Shown here one piece after another: positions 18,768 through 25,880 of a stretch of 30,928 nt of DNA (positions are counted from its first letter, which is position 1; each line of letters opens with the position of its first letter). The DNA is taken from positions 1 to 30,928 of IMG/VR virus record IMGVR_UViG_3300009602_000008, one strand, 5' to 3'. The position numbers and the translations under genes were made by a program. The notes beneath the pieces were generated by a model that worked only from the letters and a program-made list of their open reading frames with translations, was not told the DNA's origin and did no database searches. The DNA is from a virus. Taxonomy: Duplodnaviria > Caudoviricetes.

Positions 18768-19487
18768 TTAGATTTTAAAATCTTTTAAATCGGGTATCGA
18801 ACAAAAAAATTCTTCTCTAACTTTCTCATCTTTAAATTTTCCCATTAAGTGATACGTCCTTGTCACGCAATTAGAGTCTTGGATTCCTCTCATTTTAACA
18901 CAACAATGTAATGCGTCGACACAAACGGCAACATTTCTTTCCCCACCAACATGGATGGCCAAATCCTCCGCTATCTCGGTAGTTAATCTCTCTTGAACTT
19001 GGGGTCTTCTAGAATGAAAATCTGCCAACCTATTTAATTTTGATAACCCTAAAAGATATTTGTCTGGAATATAGGCTATATGGGCTTTTCCAAGGATTGG
19101 AACGAAATGATGTTCACACACGGAGTTTATTTCTATTCCACTTTCCAAAACCATTTCTCTATAATTAAAATGATTTTCTTGTCTCATAATTTTAGGATAA
19201 TTATTTCCAATCATCCCTTTGAAGGTTTCTTCCAAAAACATCTTCGCAACCCTTTCGGGCGTCCCTTCTATTGAGTCCTTATAATAGTCTTTATCTACGC
19301 CTAAAACTTCCATTAATTCTTTAAAAATCTTTACGACCTTTCTTTTTTTCTCTTGTAATTCCACATGGCAATACCTTTTAAGATAAAAACTATTGATTGG
19401 TCCTTCGCAGCTCTCCAAATTTTCTTGGTGGGCCTTTTGAAATTCTTCAAGATACGATTCAACTTCAAGTCTCTCATTCTCATTCAA
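18768..19487 (-). CDS. folE: GTP cyclohydrolase I
   Basis: TPERVAKM, S.CEHH..P, GLSK..R, RRPQVQERLT and H.C...RG motifs. Probable TTG start at 19487 after AAAGGA (ORF track gives 19547). Confidence 0.95.
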   Translation of the reverse strand: MNENERLEVESYLEEFQKAHQENLESCEGPINSFYLKRYCHVELQEKKRKVVKIFKELMEVLGVDKDYYKDSIEGTPERVAKMFLEETFKGMIGNNYPKIMRQENHFNYREMVLESGIEINSVCEHHFVPILGKAHIAYIPDKYLLGLSKLNRLADFHSRRPQVQERLTTEIAEDLAIHVGGERNVAVCVDALHCCVKMRGIQDSNCVTRTYHLMGKFKDEKVREEFFCSIPDLKDFKI

Positions 19488-19501
19488 AACTAATCCTTTA
19501 T

Positions 19502-19759
19502 TTAAGTTGTCATTGTTCCTTTTCTTTTTCCCCAAGAATCCTTGCAAAAATCGTCAATAAACATTTTAGCATCGGTTAAAGAGTGAAACTCATCGTTTAA
19601 AGTCAACTCTCCTAACCATGGACCAGCGTCGGCCTTAACTACCCAATGAGTATAACCTTTCACGGTTATTTTTTTAATTTTAAACTCGTCACCTAAAGGG
19701 CTTGGATAAGCATAAAGACCTGGTTCTATTTTCCTATGCGTAGTTTTTCTCTTTCCCAT
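19502..19759 (-). CDS. Hypothetical protein inside the que cluster
   Basis: 85-aa ORF with SD AAGGTG; its start abuts the stop of the upstream small ORF. Confidence 0.7.
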   Translation of the reverse strand: MGKRKTTHRKIEPGLYAYPSPLGDEFKIKKITVKGYTHWVVKADAGPWLGELTLNDEFHSLTDAKMFIDDFCKDSWGKRKGTMTT

Positions 19760-19927
19760 TTATCGCACCTTTTTTTTAGGTTTTTTTCTGTTTTCTAATT
19801 TATTGTAACTTGCCTCTATAAACGCCTGAATACTGTCAAACGTTTTATATATTAACTCTTTTTGTTTTTTGCTTAACCTTATTGAGGTGTTAATTCTGTC
19901 TTCTTCATATTTTCTAGGGCGTACCAT
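19760..19927 (-). CDS. 55-aa putative ribbon-helix-helix DNA-binding protein
   Basis: Hand translation MVRPRKYEEDRINTSIRLSKKQKELIYKTFDSIQAFIEASYNKLENRKKPKKKVR; SD AAGGA; fills the gap after queE. Confidence 0.7.
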   Translation of the reverse strand: MVRPRKYEEDRINTSIRLSKKQKELIYKTFDSIQAFIEASYNKLENRKKPKKKVR

Positions 19928-19936
19928 TTTGATTCC

Positions 19937-20623
19937 TTATTCTACTTGTATTACTTTATGCAATTGGATTGATAATTTATATTCGGGGTTCTTATAGCAC
20001 TCATTAATTGCGCCATTTAAATTGTTCTTATAATTTTGATATGAACCACTATCTTTTATTGGTTGAATAAATCTATTTTCAGCACTTATTTTTGAGAATG
20101 ATTTCATGTCAGCGCCTTCAAGATAGGGATACAGCAATTTTAAATCGTCACAGACCTTAATCTTTGTTAACTGTTCCGATTGTTTTGGGCTTACTACTAA
20201 ATGATCTATTAAGTCTAATGTTTTTGGATCTATCCTTCTTGAACCATTTGTTTCAACATAAATTAAAAAATTACTCTCTTTTAATAATCTTAAAAGAAGG
20301 TAATCCATCTGGAGAGTTGGTTCACCTCCAGAGATAACAACTCTAAGTTGAAACATTCTAGGATGAGCTTCATTTCCATCTTTATCTTTATAATATTGTT
20401 CCCCTCTTTCCCGTAAACGCTCAACGATGGTTTCCCTTTCTAGTAGTTCGCCACCAAAAAAGTCAGTGTCACAAAAATGACAAATAGAATCTGCCCTATC
20501 TTCTTCCTTTCCTGACCATCGATTACATCCTGACAACCTTAAAAATAAAACTACCTCACCAGCTTTTGAACCCTCACCTTCAATTGTTGGCCCAAAAATC
20601 TCTTTAACTTTATACCGCTTCAT
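19937..20623 (-). CDS. queE: 7-carboxy-7-deazaguanine synthase (radical SAM, Cx14CxxC type)
   Basis: KEIF..TIEGEG, FLRL.GC-x14-CHFCDTDF, VVISGGEP.LQ, VETNG, VSPK and LSIQLHK motifs. Confidence 0.95.
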   Translation of the reverse strand: MKRYKVKEIFGPTIEGEGSKAGEVVLFLRLSGCNRWSGKEEDRADSICHFCDTDFFGGELLERETIVERLRERGEQYYKDKDGNEAHPRMFQLRVVISGGEPTLQMDYLLLRLLKESNFLIYVETNGSRRIDPKTLDLIDHLVVSPKQSEQLTKIKVCDDLKLLYPYLEGADMKSFSKISAENRFIQPIKDSGSYQNYKNNLNGAINECYKNPEYKLSIQLHKVIQVE

Positions 20624-21137
20624 AGATACCATTTCCTTCAAAAGTAGAATTTTCAAAAACTTGATAAGGACTTACTTCATACATCCCTGAGTTTTTATTA
20701 TTTTCTTTAACTTCAACACTAAAACATCTAACCCTCGGTTTATCCTCAACTCCACTTATTAAAGTTAATTGATAATTAACCCAAAAAAATAATTCTTTCG
20801 CTGTCCCTTCCATCGAAACATTTGGCATAACCCTTAATTGTATTATTCCCTTAGCGTCAAGATCCTCAAACGTTGCCAATTGCGGATCATCTTCATTTAT
20901 TAAAGTGGTATGATCGAACATTCGATCTAAGTGGGTTTTAATCCATTTACATTCGCTAAAATCCCACACCCATCCCCTTTCATCCAATTTCTCTGCGACG
21001 AATTTAAAATGAAACTCTCTTGAATATCCATGAAGATATTTACAATGCCCTGAATGTTTTGGCTGCCTATGACTACATGGGAAATCATAAAAGCTCTTAG
21101 TTGATATTGATCTGGCTATCACGTTACCTCTTTCCAT
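20610..21137 (-). CDS. queD: 6-carboxy-5,6,7,8-tetrahydropterin synthase
   Basis: SHRQ..H.GHC..LHGY, GWVWDF, FDHT and S.E..A motifs. The true start may be GTG 21122, overlapping the queC stop. Confidence 0.93.
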   Translation of the reverse strand: MERGNVIARSISTKSFYDFPCSHRQPKHSGHCKYLHGYSREFHFKFVAEKLDERGWVWDFSECKWIKTHLDRMFDHTTLINEDDPQLATFEDLDAKGIIQLRVMPNVSMEGTAKELFFWVNYQLTLISGVEDKPRVRCFSVEVKENNKNSGMYEVSPYQVFENSTFEGNGIYEAV

Positions 21138-21844
21138 CCCGTCCCCTTCTTTATCGTTAACGCTTCTAAAATTTCTTTATCTTCTTTTTGCCCGTTATAA
21201 TTACCGTTTTCTATCTGCTCTATATAAGGCCCAAAATAAAGAGCCGGATTTTGTGAAAAAAGTCCTTCTGTCTTTATTAGACAATGTTCCATGGCAACCC
21301 ATTTCCTTGCGCAAGCTTTGCATTTACCACAATGTAAAATTTTTGAATCATAACAAGAGATAGACTCATAAAGGAATTTAGGGTCTCCACCCTCCTCTAT
21401 GAACTCTTTTAACAATTCTATTTTTGTTTTATTTTTACTTGGTAAATGGATTTTTATATCTCCACGGCACTCAAGACGGTTATTAATCCTATCATCCTTC
21501 CAAATATAATTGGTTAGCCACTCCATTAGCTTCGTAAACCATTTATGAGTGTCGTGAGCACGGTCACCCTCTACCCCTCCAAGAATAATATCATCTCCAT
21601 ATTGTACGGCGTTCAAAATAAAATAGGCATTCCTCATAGGAAGGACGCCTATATCTCTTTCAAACTTTCCTATGTTAAGCGTATCAATAATTAATTTCCC
21701 ATAAGGCGGTAATATTAAATTTTCTCTCTCTTTTTTGGAATAAATCCCATCGACATCAATATATAAACATACGTCTGGTTTTTCTAAATATGAAAGGATG
21801 TAACTATCCATTCCGCCTGAATATAAAAGGACTTTTTTTCTCAT
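21119..21844 (-). CDS. queC: 7-cyano-7-deazaguanine (preQ0) synthase
   Basis: PP-loop LLYSGGMDS, P.RN, and zinc site SCY......CGKCKAC; no fused glutamine amidotransferase domain. Confidence 0.9.
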   Translation of the reverse strand: MRKKVLLYSGGMDSYILSYLEKPDVCLYIDVDGIYSKKERENLILPPYGKLIIDTLNIGKFERDIGVLPMRNAYFILNAVQYGDDIILGGVEGDRAHDTHKWFTKLMEWLTNYIWKDDRINNRLECRGDIKIHLPSKNKTKIELLKEFIEEGGDPKFLYESISCYDSKILHCGKCKACARKWVAMEHCLIKTEGLFSQNPALYFGPYIEQIENGNYNGQKEDKEILEALTIKKGTGWKEVT

Positions 21845-22725
21845 ATAATGCCCCTTCTTTTTAAAAAATCTTTGGCCGTAAAAACTAATTCTGGTTTAAG
21901 CCCTTCGGAACACGCCATAAAACATTTTGTACCTAAATTTTTAAAGACATCATGTTGTAAATAAACCCATGCTACGGTGCTTATAAATTGGGCCACACCT
22001 CTAACATTTTTCTCGTTAACCTCACCTGAATGTTTTCCAGAGGAAACCCAAGCTTCCTGTTTTCCTAAAAGTAGAATCTCTTTTTCTGTAAAGCCTAATT
22101 TATAAAACATTTTTAAATGTTCTCGTTTTGGTCTTCGAATAAATTCTCTTCTATGTAAATATTTTAACTCTCCTCCACCTTTATAAACATTAATTTGACC
22201 ATACCTACTTGCCGCCATCCAACTCGAAACATCGCATGAGTAAGGTCTATAATGTTTGATCATTTTTATGTCAAAACTTCCTAATATATGGCAGTTCCTA
22301 TTTTTATTATTCTCTAAAACATATTTAACATAGTTTGGACCACCAACCCCCCTTGTAGCCCCTATAAAAACGATATTACTATAATTATACATTTTCTCTA
22401 TTTCATGAATATTTGTTCCTCTCGTAAAAACTGGTGCTACATCATAACCAAGTTTTATAGATTCTAAAAAATTTTGCCAGCTTTTCTCCTCGTCCCCCAT
22501 AACATCTAATTGAATTGATGTTAAAATTGCCAAATCGGAAACCTTATCTAAAAATTTATGATATTCCTCGAGCTTAATAACCTTTCCTGATTTAAAAACA
22601 CTGAAGGCCCCACTATCTACAATTAATTCGTATTCGGATGGATCTCGATTTTTATAAATCTTATAGATTGTATTAGAAAAATAAGGATAACTCTGTAAAA
22701 GAAAAAGCCTACTCAACGCTAACAC
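21841..22725 (-). CDS. dpdA: DpdA-like (TGT-fold) DNA 7-deazaguanine transglycosylase
   Basis: IVDSGAFS, QLDV.GD, PVF..G, HILG and S.D.SSW motifs in TGT-barrel order; 294 aa with no obvious TGT zinc motif; coupled to queC. Confidence 0.8.
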   Translation of the reverse strand: MLALSRLFLLQSYPYFSNTIYKIYKNRDPSEYELIVDSGAFSVFKSGKVIKLEEYHKFLDKVSDLAILTSIQLDVMGDEEKSWQNFLESIKLGYDVAPVFTRGTNIHEIEKMYNYSNIVFIGATRGVGGPNYVKYVLENNKNRNCHILGSFDIKMIKHYRPYSCDVSSWMAASRYGQINVYKGGGELKYLHRREFIRRPKREHLKMFYKLGFTEKEILLLGKQEAWVSSGKHSGEVNEKNVRGVAQFISTVAWVYLQHDVFKNLGTKCFMACSEGLKPELVFTAKDFLKRRGII

Positions 22726-23335
22726 CTTTATTAGGAAATTTAATATTGACCCATTCTTTTAAAGATTCTGCTACTTGATCGAAAAGATCGACTGGAGATT
22801 TTATTTTAAGAACCTTTTCTCTATCGCTGTTTTCTGCTTTAATTTTATCTATGGCCTCTATATCACTTTCCCATTCCGAAAATTGAATACCTAAATCCAA
22901 TTCTAATTTTCCTAAATTTAAGTCCTCTTTTAAACTATTATCATATTCATAAATCTCTTCCATTAAGGTCGGCAAAACTTCTAAATCCCATTCCCCTGCT
23001 ACCGTATGAGAATTGGCCGTTACATTCGCAACCTTTTCTTCGGACTTATCCCAATCGACAACTCTCATTAAATACCCTGTAAATTCTCCATTCACTTGAT
23101 CGTCAATTGTAAAAAACTCATCCTTTAAATAAGTTACTTTTAAATCCCCATATTTTTCTTTTAACTCATCCCAACGGTGGTGACCTCCTATTAAGGTTTT
23201 GGTTCTTTTATTATAAATAATTCCTGAAATATCTCTAAACCTATCCATAGAATTTTTTAAAGCTCTACGGGATATTTCATTTATTGTCCTAGGGTTATAT
23301 TTTGCCGGGTTAATATCTTTTATTTCAAGTTCCAT
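22709..23335 (-). CDS. ParB/Srx-like N-terminal domain protein
   Basis: I.DI.PA.YNPR.I, L..S...F, II.N......IGGHHR, EK..N...N....GEWD...L motifs. Confidence 0.85.
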   Translation of the reverse strand: MELEIKDINPAKYNPRTINEISRRALKNSMDRFRDISGIIYNKRTKTLIGGHHRWDELKEKYGDLKVTYLKDEFFTIDDQVNGEFTGYLMRVVDWDKSEEKVANVTANSHTVAGEWDLEVLPTLMEEIYEYDNSLKEDLNLGKLELDLGIQFSEWESDIEAIDKIKAENSDREKVLKIKSPVDLFDQVAESLKEWVNIKFPNKGVSVE

Positions 23336-23433
23336 TTATTCTACACCTTTTTATATTATTTATTCATTAGGTAATATATTACTTTTTAAGTAAAATGAAT
23401 AATATTTTTTCTCTTTTTATTTTCTCTTTTTAT

Positions 23434-23478
23434 TTTGAATATTTTTCAAGGTCTTTGAATATTTCTCAAGACCTTTGA
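23434..23478. repeat. Tandem 20-bp repeats, each with internal dyad symmetry, in the divergent control region
   Basis: tttgaatatttttcaaggtc / tttgaatatttctcaagacc / tttga; core TTGAA-N5-(T/C)TCAA. Confidence 0.65.
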
Positions 23479-23645
23479 GGACTTAGGGCTTAAATTGGGC
23501 TTTTTGCTCATTAATTTAGCTTATAAACCACCTCTAAACTCATTAATTTAAGGCCAAAAAGACCCCTACCTGTTTCCAGCGAGTTACACCCTACTAAATG
23601 CCCTAAATCCTTTGGAAAACAACGAGTTAAATCGGTTGGATTTTG

Positions 23646-23674
23646 TTGGACCATGTCATTTTATGTTATATAAT
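23646..23674 (+). promoter_or_regulatory. Sigma70-like promoter for the rightward early genes
   Basis: TTGGAC-17 bp-TATAAT upstream of the HTH gene. Confidence 0.55.
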
Positions 23675-23778
23675 ATAAGGATGAACAAATTTATACTAAA
23701 CTTAATAACATTTTTGCAACTTTCCCAAAATAAAGGAAAGATTGAAGATTTTAAAAACCAGCCCAGGAGGAATAAATA

Positions 23779-24288
23779 ATGGGCGAGCTTAAGCATAAAT
23801 ATTTTATAAACAATTTTCTAAAAGGAGCTTTTATGAAAAGCCTAGAAAGAGTAAAAAAAGACAATGCCCTAGCCATTAAACAGGCAAAGGCCGGAAAAAT
23901 CCATTGGCCGAGCGTTTTAAAAGATGAGGTTGCAGAGTTATACAATTCTAAAAAGTATAGCTCATCGGAAATTGCGACCTTTTTAAATTTAAGGCAAAGA
24001 CAAATTACCAGTTGGGGACGTAGAGCAATGGCAAAAACAAAAAAAGTGAGGTCGGGAAAAACCGAGGATGATTTACTTAAAGCAATTATGAGCGGAATCG
24101 ACAATCCAGTTGAAAAGGAGAAATTGGACGCTATACACACAAAATGCAGTCGCATAGAAAATGACTTTTGGGAGGCCCTTGATGAAAAAGACGCCTCTCT
24201 TACGGATCTTCGGTCCTATGCTGCGGGCTTATTAAAGGAAGTTATAAATATAGCAGATTTTATCGAAGACAAAATTGACAAACTATAA
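23779..24288 (+). CDS. Helix-turn-helix DNA-binding protein
   Basis: AELY.....SSSEIATFLNLRQRQITSWGR HTH pattern; SD AGGAGG before 23779 and a second SD (AAGGAG) before the in-frame ATG at 23833. Confidence 0.7.
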   Translation: MGELKHKYFINNFLKGAFMKSLERVKKDNALAIKQAKAGKIHWPSVLKDEVAELYNSKKYSSSEIATFLNLRQRQITSWGRRAMAKTKKVRSGKTEDDLLKAIMSGIDNPVEKEKLDAIHTKCSRIENDFWEALDEKDASLTDLRSYAAGLLKEVINIADFIEDKIDKL

Positions 24289-24317
24289 CGGGGCATAATG
24301 CCCTTAGGAGGTAAAAC

Positions 24318-24881
24318 ATGATTAAATCTACTGGAAAAGAGAGAATTTTGGAAGAAGCCATCTTTAATGATTTTATTAGGCAGTTATTGCCTGTTAAAAA
24401 CATTATGGATGACCTTCCAAAAGACCGTGCAGAAAATCCCATAAAACTCTTCACTCATTTTGGAGTTGGTATGAAAATTTATGAAGTCCCTTTAACCCCT
24501 TCGACCTTGGCAGAAAAAATGAAAGGGTTTACGAGCCTTCAAAAATCAAATGAGAGTCCTTTAAAAGAACTAAAACAGTCATTCAATGCGTTCAATAAAA
24601 ACTGTTATACGTTCAGGCTACACTTAACCGAGGAAGTTGTATACTACCGAGACCTAGAGGCTCTGTTAACTATTGTTAGCACCTTTATGGACTTTGGGGA
24701 GGACAATGACCCCTATGGGTTACATGACTTCGCCGCCTTTGAGGTTGACCCTGTTGTGGGCAATTTCTTTTTTAAGTTCGACTTTTTTGAGGATAGAACC
24801 TGCAAGTTCGGTCTAGAACCCTTGCACCCAACAAAAAGGGCGTACCGTCTATTAACCATTTTACACTCTAGCGAATACTAG
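24318..24881 (+). CDS. DUF3768-domain protein
   Basis: C-terminal F.DF..DNDPYG.HDF...E......FFK.D.F...R.LTI...SEY signature; SD AGGAGGT. Confidence 0.8.
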   Translation: MIKSTGKERILEEAIFNDFIRQLLPVKNIMDDLPKDRAENPIKLFTHFGVGMKIYEVPLTPSTLAEKMKGFTSLQKSNESPLKELKQSFNAFNKNCYTFRLHLTEEVVYYRDLEALLTIVSTFMDFGEDNDPYGLHDFAAFEVDPVVGNFFFKFDFFEDRTCKFGLEPLHPTKRAYRLLTILHSSEY

Positions 24882-24888
24882 GTGAACT

Positions 24889-24921
24889 AAAAGGAGGGGG
24901 GCTAACGCCCCTCTTCTTTTT
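24889..24921 (+). terminator. Rho-independent terminator, possibly bidirectional
   Basis: AAAAGGAGGGGGGC-TAAC-GCCCCTCTTCTTTTT, 8 nt after the DUF3768 stop, between convergent operons. Confidence 0.8.
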
Positions 24922-25000
24922 AACCCTGCTCCACTCGACTGAATTTTCTAGGCAGTCTTTCAGAGTCAAAACTTTAATTTTTTTTTGTTAATTAGATCTT

Positions 25001-25054
25001 AAAAAAGAGATCGTCGGCCAGAAAAATGAATAAAGACTAACCGACGTTCTCTTT
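25001..25054 (-). terminator. Long stem-loop with a U tail (terminator or structured RNA)
   Basis: Minus RNA AAAGAGA-A-CGUCGGUUAG / 15-nt loop / CUGGCCGACG-A-UCUCUUUUUU; two G-U pairs form only on the minus strand. Confidence 0.5.
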
Positions 25055-25177
25055 CCTAGGGTGAATTCCATTGTTGATATTGTTCGAGCCACCAACAACT
25101 TCATTAACGCATACTCATGTTTTTTCAAGCACCTTAAAAAGAAGTAACTTCAGGCGGTTTGTTTCCCTAAATTACTA

Positions 25178-25606
25178 TTAAGTATTATTTAATATAGTTC
25201 TCACGGTCTGTAAAATCTTTTTTACTTGGTCTATTGAACAAACAATATTACCTATGCCACCTTTAGCATTTAAGTTCTCTATAAAATGAATCTGGCGCCA
25301 TAAATTTTCTTCCTTTTTAGATCGACAGTAAATGAATGGACAAGTTTTTAATCTGTCTCCATGTTTTTCATAAAATTTAAATTCAATTTCTGACTTAACC
25401 TCAAAGGCTATAAACTTTCCTAAATAAATACCAAGGATGTCGGCCACACCTCTAATTGCATATTTTGATTTATGCTTAACCATATTTTTACCATTGAAGT
25501 AGCCAGAGGAAGGGTTCTTCCAAAAGAAAGAACCCTTTTGAAGATTTAAATAATTTAAGATTCCGTTTTCAATTGTAGACTCTTTTGGTCGTCCTGTAAC
25601 TTTCAC
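25178..25606 (-). CDS. VRR-NUC family nuclease (putative Holliday junction resolvase)
   Basis: E..IE..I..YL, GVADILG, FIAFEVK, Q..FIE....GG motifs of the PD-(D/E)xK fold. Confidence 0.88.
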   Translation of the reverse strand: MKVTGRPKESTIENGILNYLNLQKGSFFWKNPSSGYFNGKNMVKHKSKYAIRGVADILGIYLGKFIAFEVKSEIEFKFYEKHGDRLKTCPFIYCRSKKEENLWRQIHFIENLNAKGGIGNIVCSIDQVKKILQTVRTILNNT

Positions 25607-25868
25607 GCTTTAATCCCTTGATGATTAATTTTAAAAGCCCCTCATCAAAGGTATCATAATTTGGAGGTAAATCTACTTCACCTAGTTCATTTTCCAATAT
25701 ATATTCTACTAACTTCTTAATGGCCCTTTCATGTCCATCATAAAAGCCAGGGTTTTTAATCGACATCTCTAAGTAATATCTGAACGTCACCAAGGCAATT
25801 ATATTCATTTTACTTAACTGTCTATCTGGAAATTTTAACTTATCGTTCTCATACATCTCTGCGAACAT
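25569..25868 (-). CDS. Hypothetical protein
   Basis: 99-aa ORF with SD AAGGAG in the replication operon. Confidence 0.7.
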   Translation of the reverse strand: MFAEMYENDKLKFPDRQLSKMNIIALVTFRYYLEMSIKNPGFYDGHERAIKKLVEYILENELGEVDLPPNYDTFDEGLLKLIIKGLKRESYRTTKRVYN

Positions 25869-25880
25869 CGGCGCTCCTTT

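Noticed and set aside
19488-19547. N-terminal extensions of FolE, and likewise of ORFs 11997, 14728, 27719, 28011 and 29514
   Set aside because: These are longest-ORF artefacts overlapping upstream genes or terminators; downstream starts have better SD sequences.
319-19579. Plus-strand ORFs 319, 2785, 4487, 7732, 8051, 9828, 12067, 12671, 12956, 13008, 14469, 17335, 18442, 19080, 19397 and short nested minus-strand ORFs
   Set aside because: They are antisense or alternate-frame shadows of well-supported genes, with S/F/L-rich composition and no recognisable motifs.
18768-21844. que genes as auxiliary metabolic genes for host tRNA queuosine or folate
   Set aside because: No queF, queA, queG or tRNA genes are present, and the genes are coupled to a DpdA-like transglycosylase, which fits DNA modification better.
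22709-23335. ParB as evidence of a plasmid-prophage partition system
   Set aside because: No ParA ATPase and no obvious central HTH for parS binding; the context is the modification cluster.
23434-23478. Mini CRISPR array
   Set aside because: The repeats are directly adjacent with no spacers and there are only about two copies.
23751-24454. Minus-strand ORFs 23751..24155 and 24260..24454
   Set aside because: Antisense shadows of the HTH and DUF3768 genes, which have strong SD sequences.
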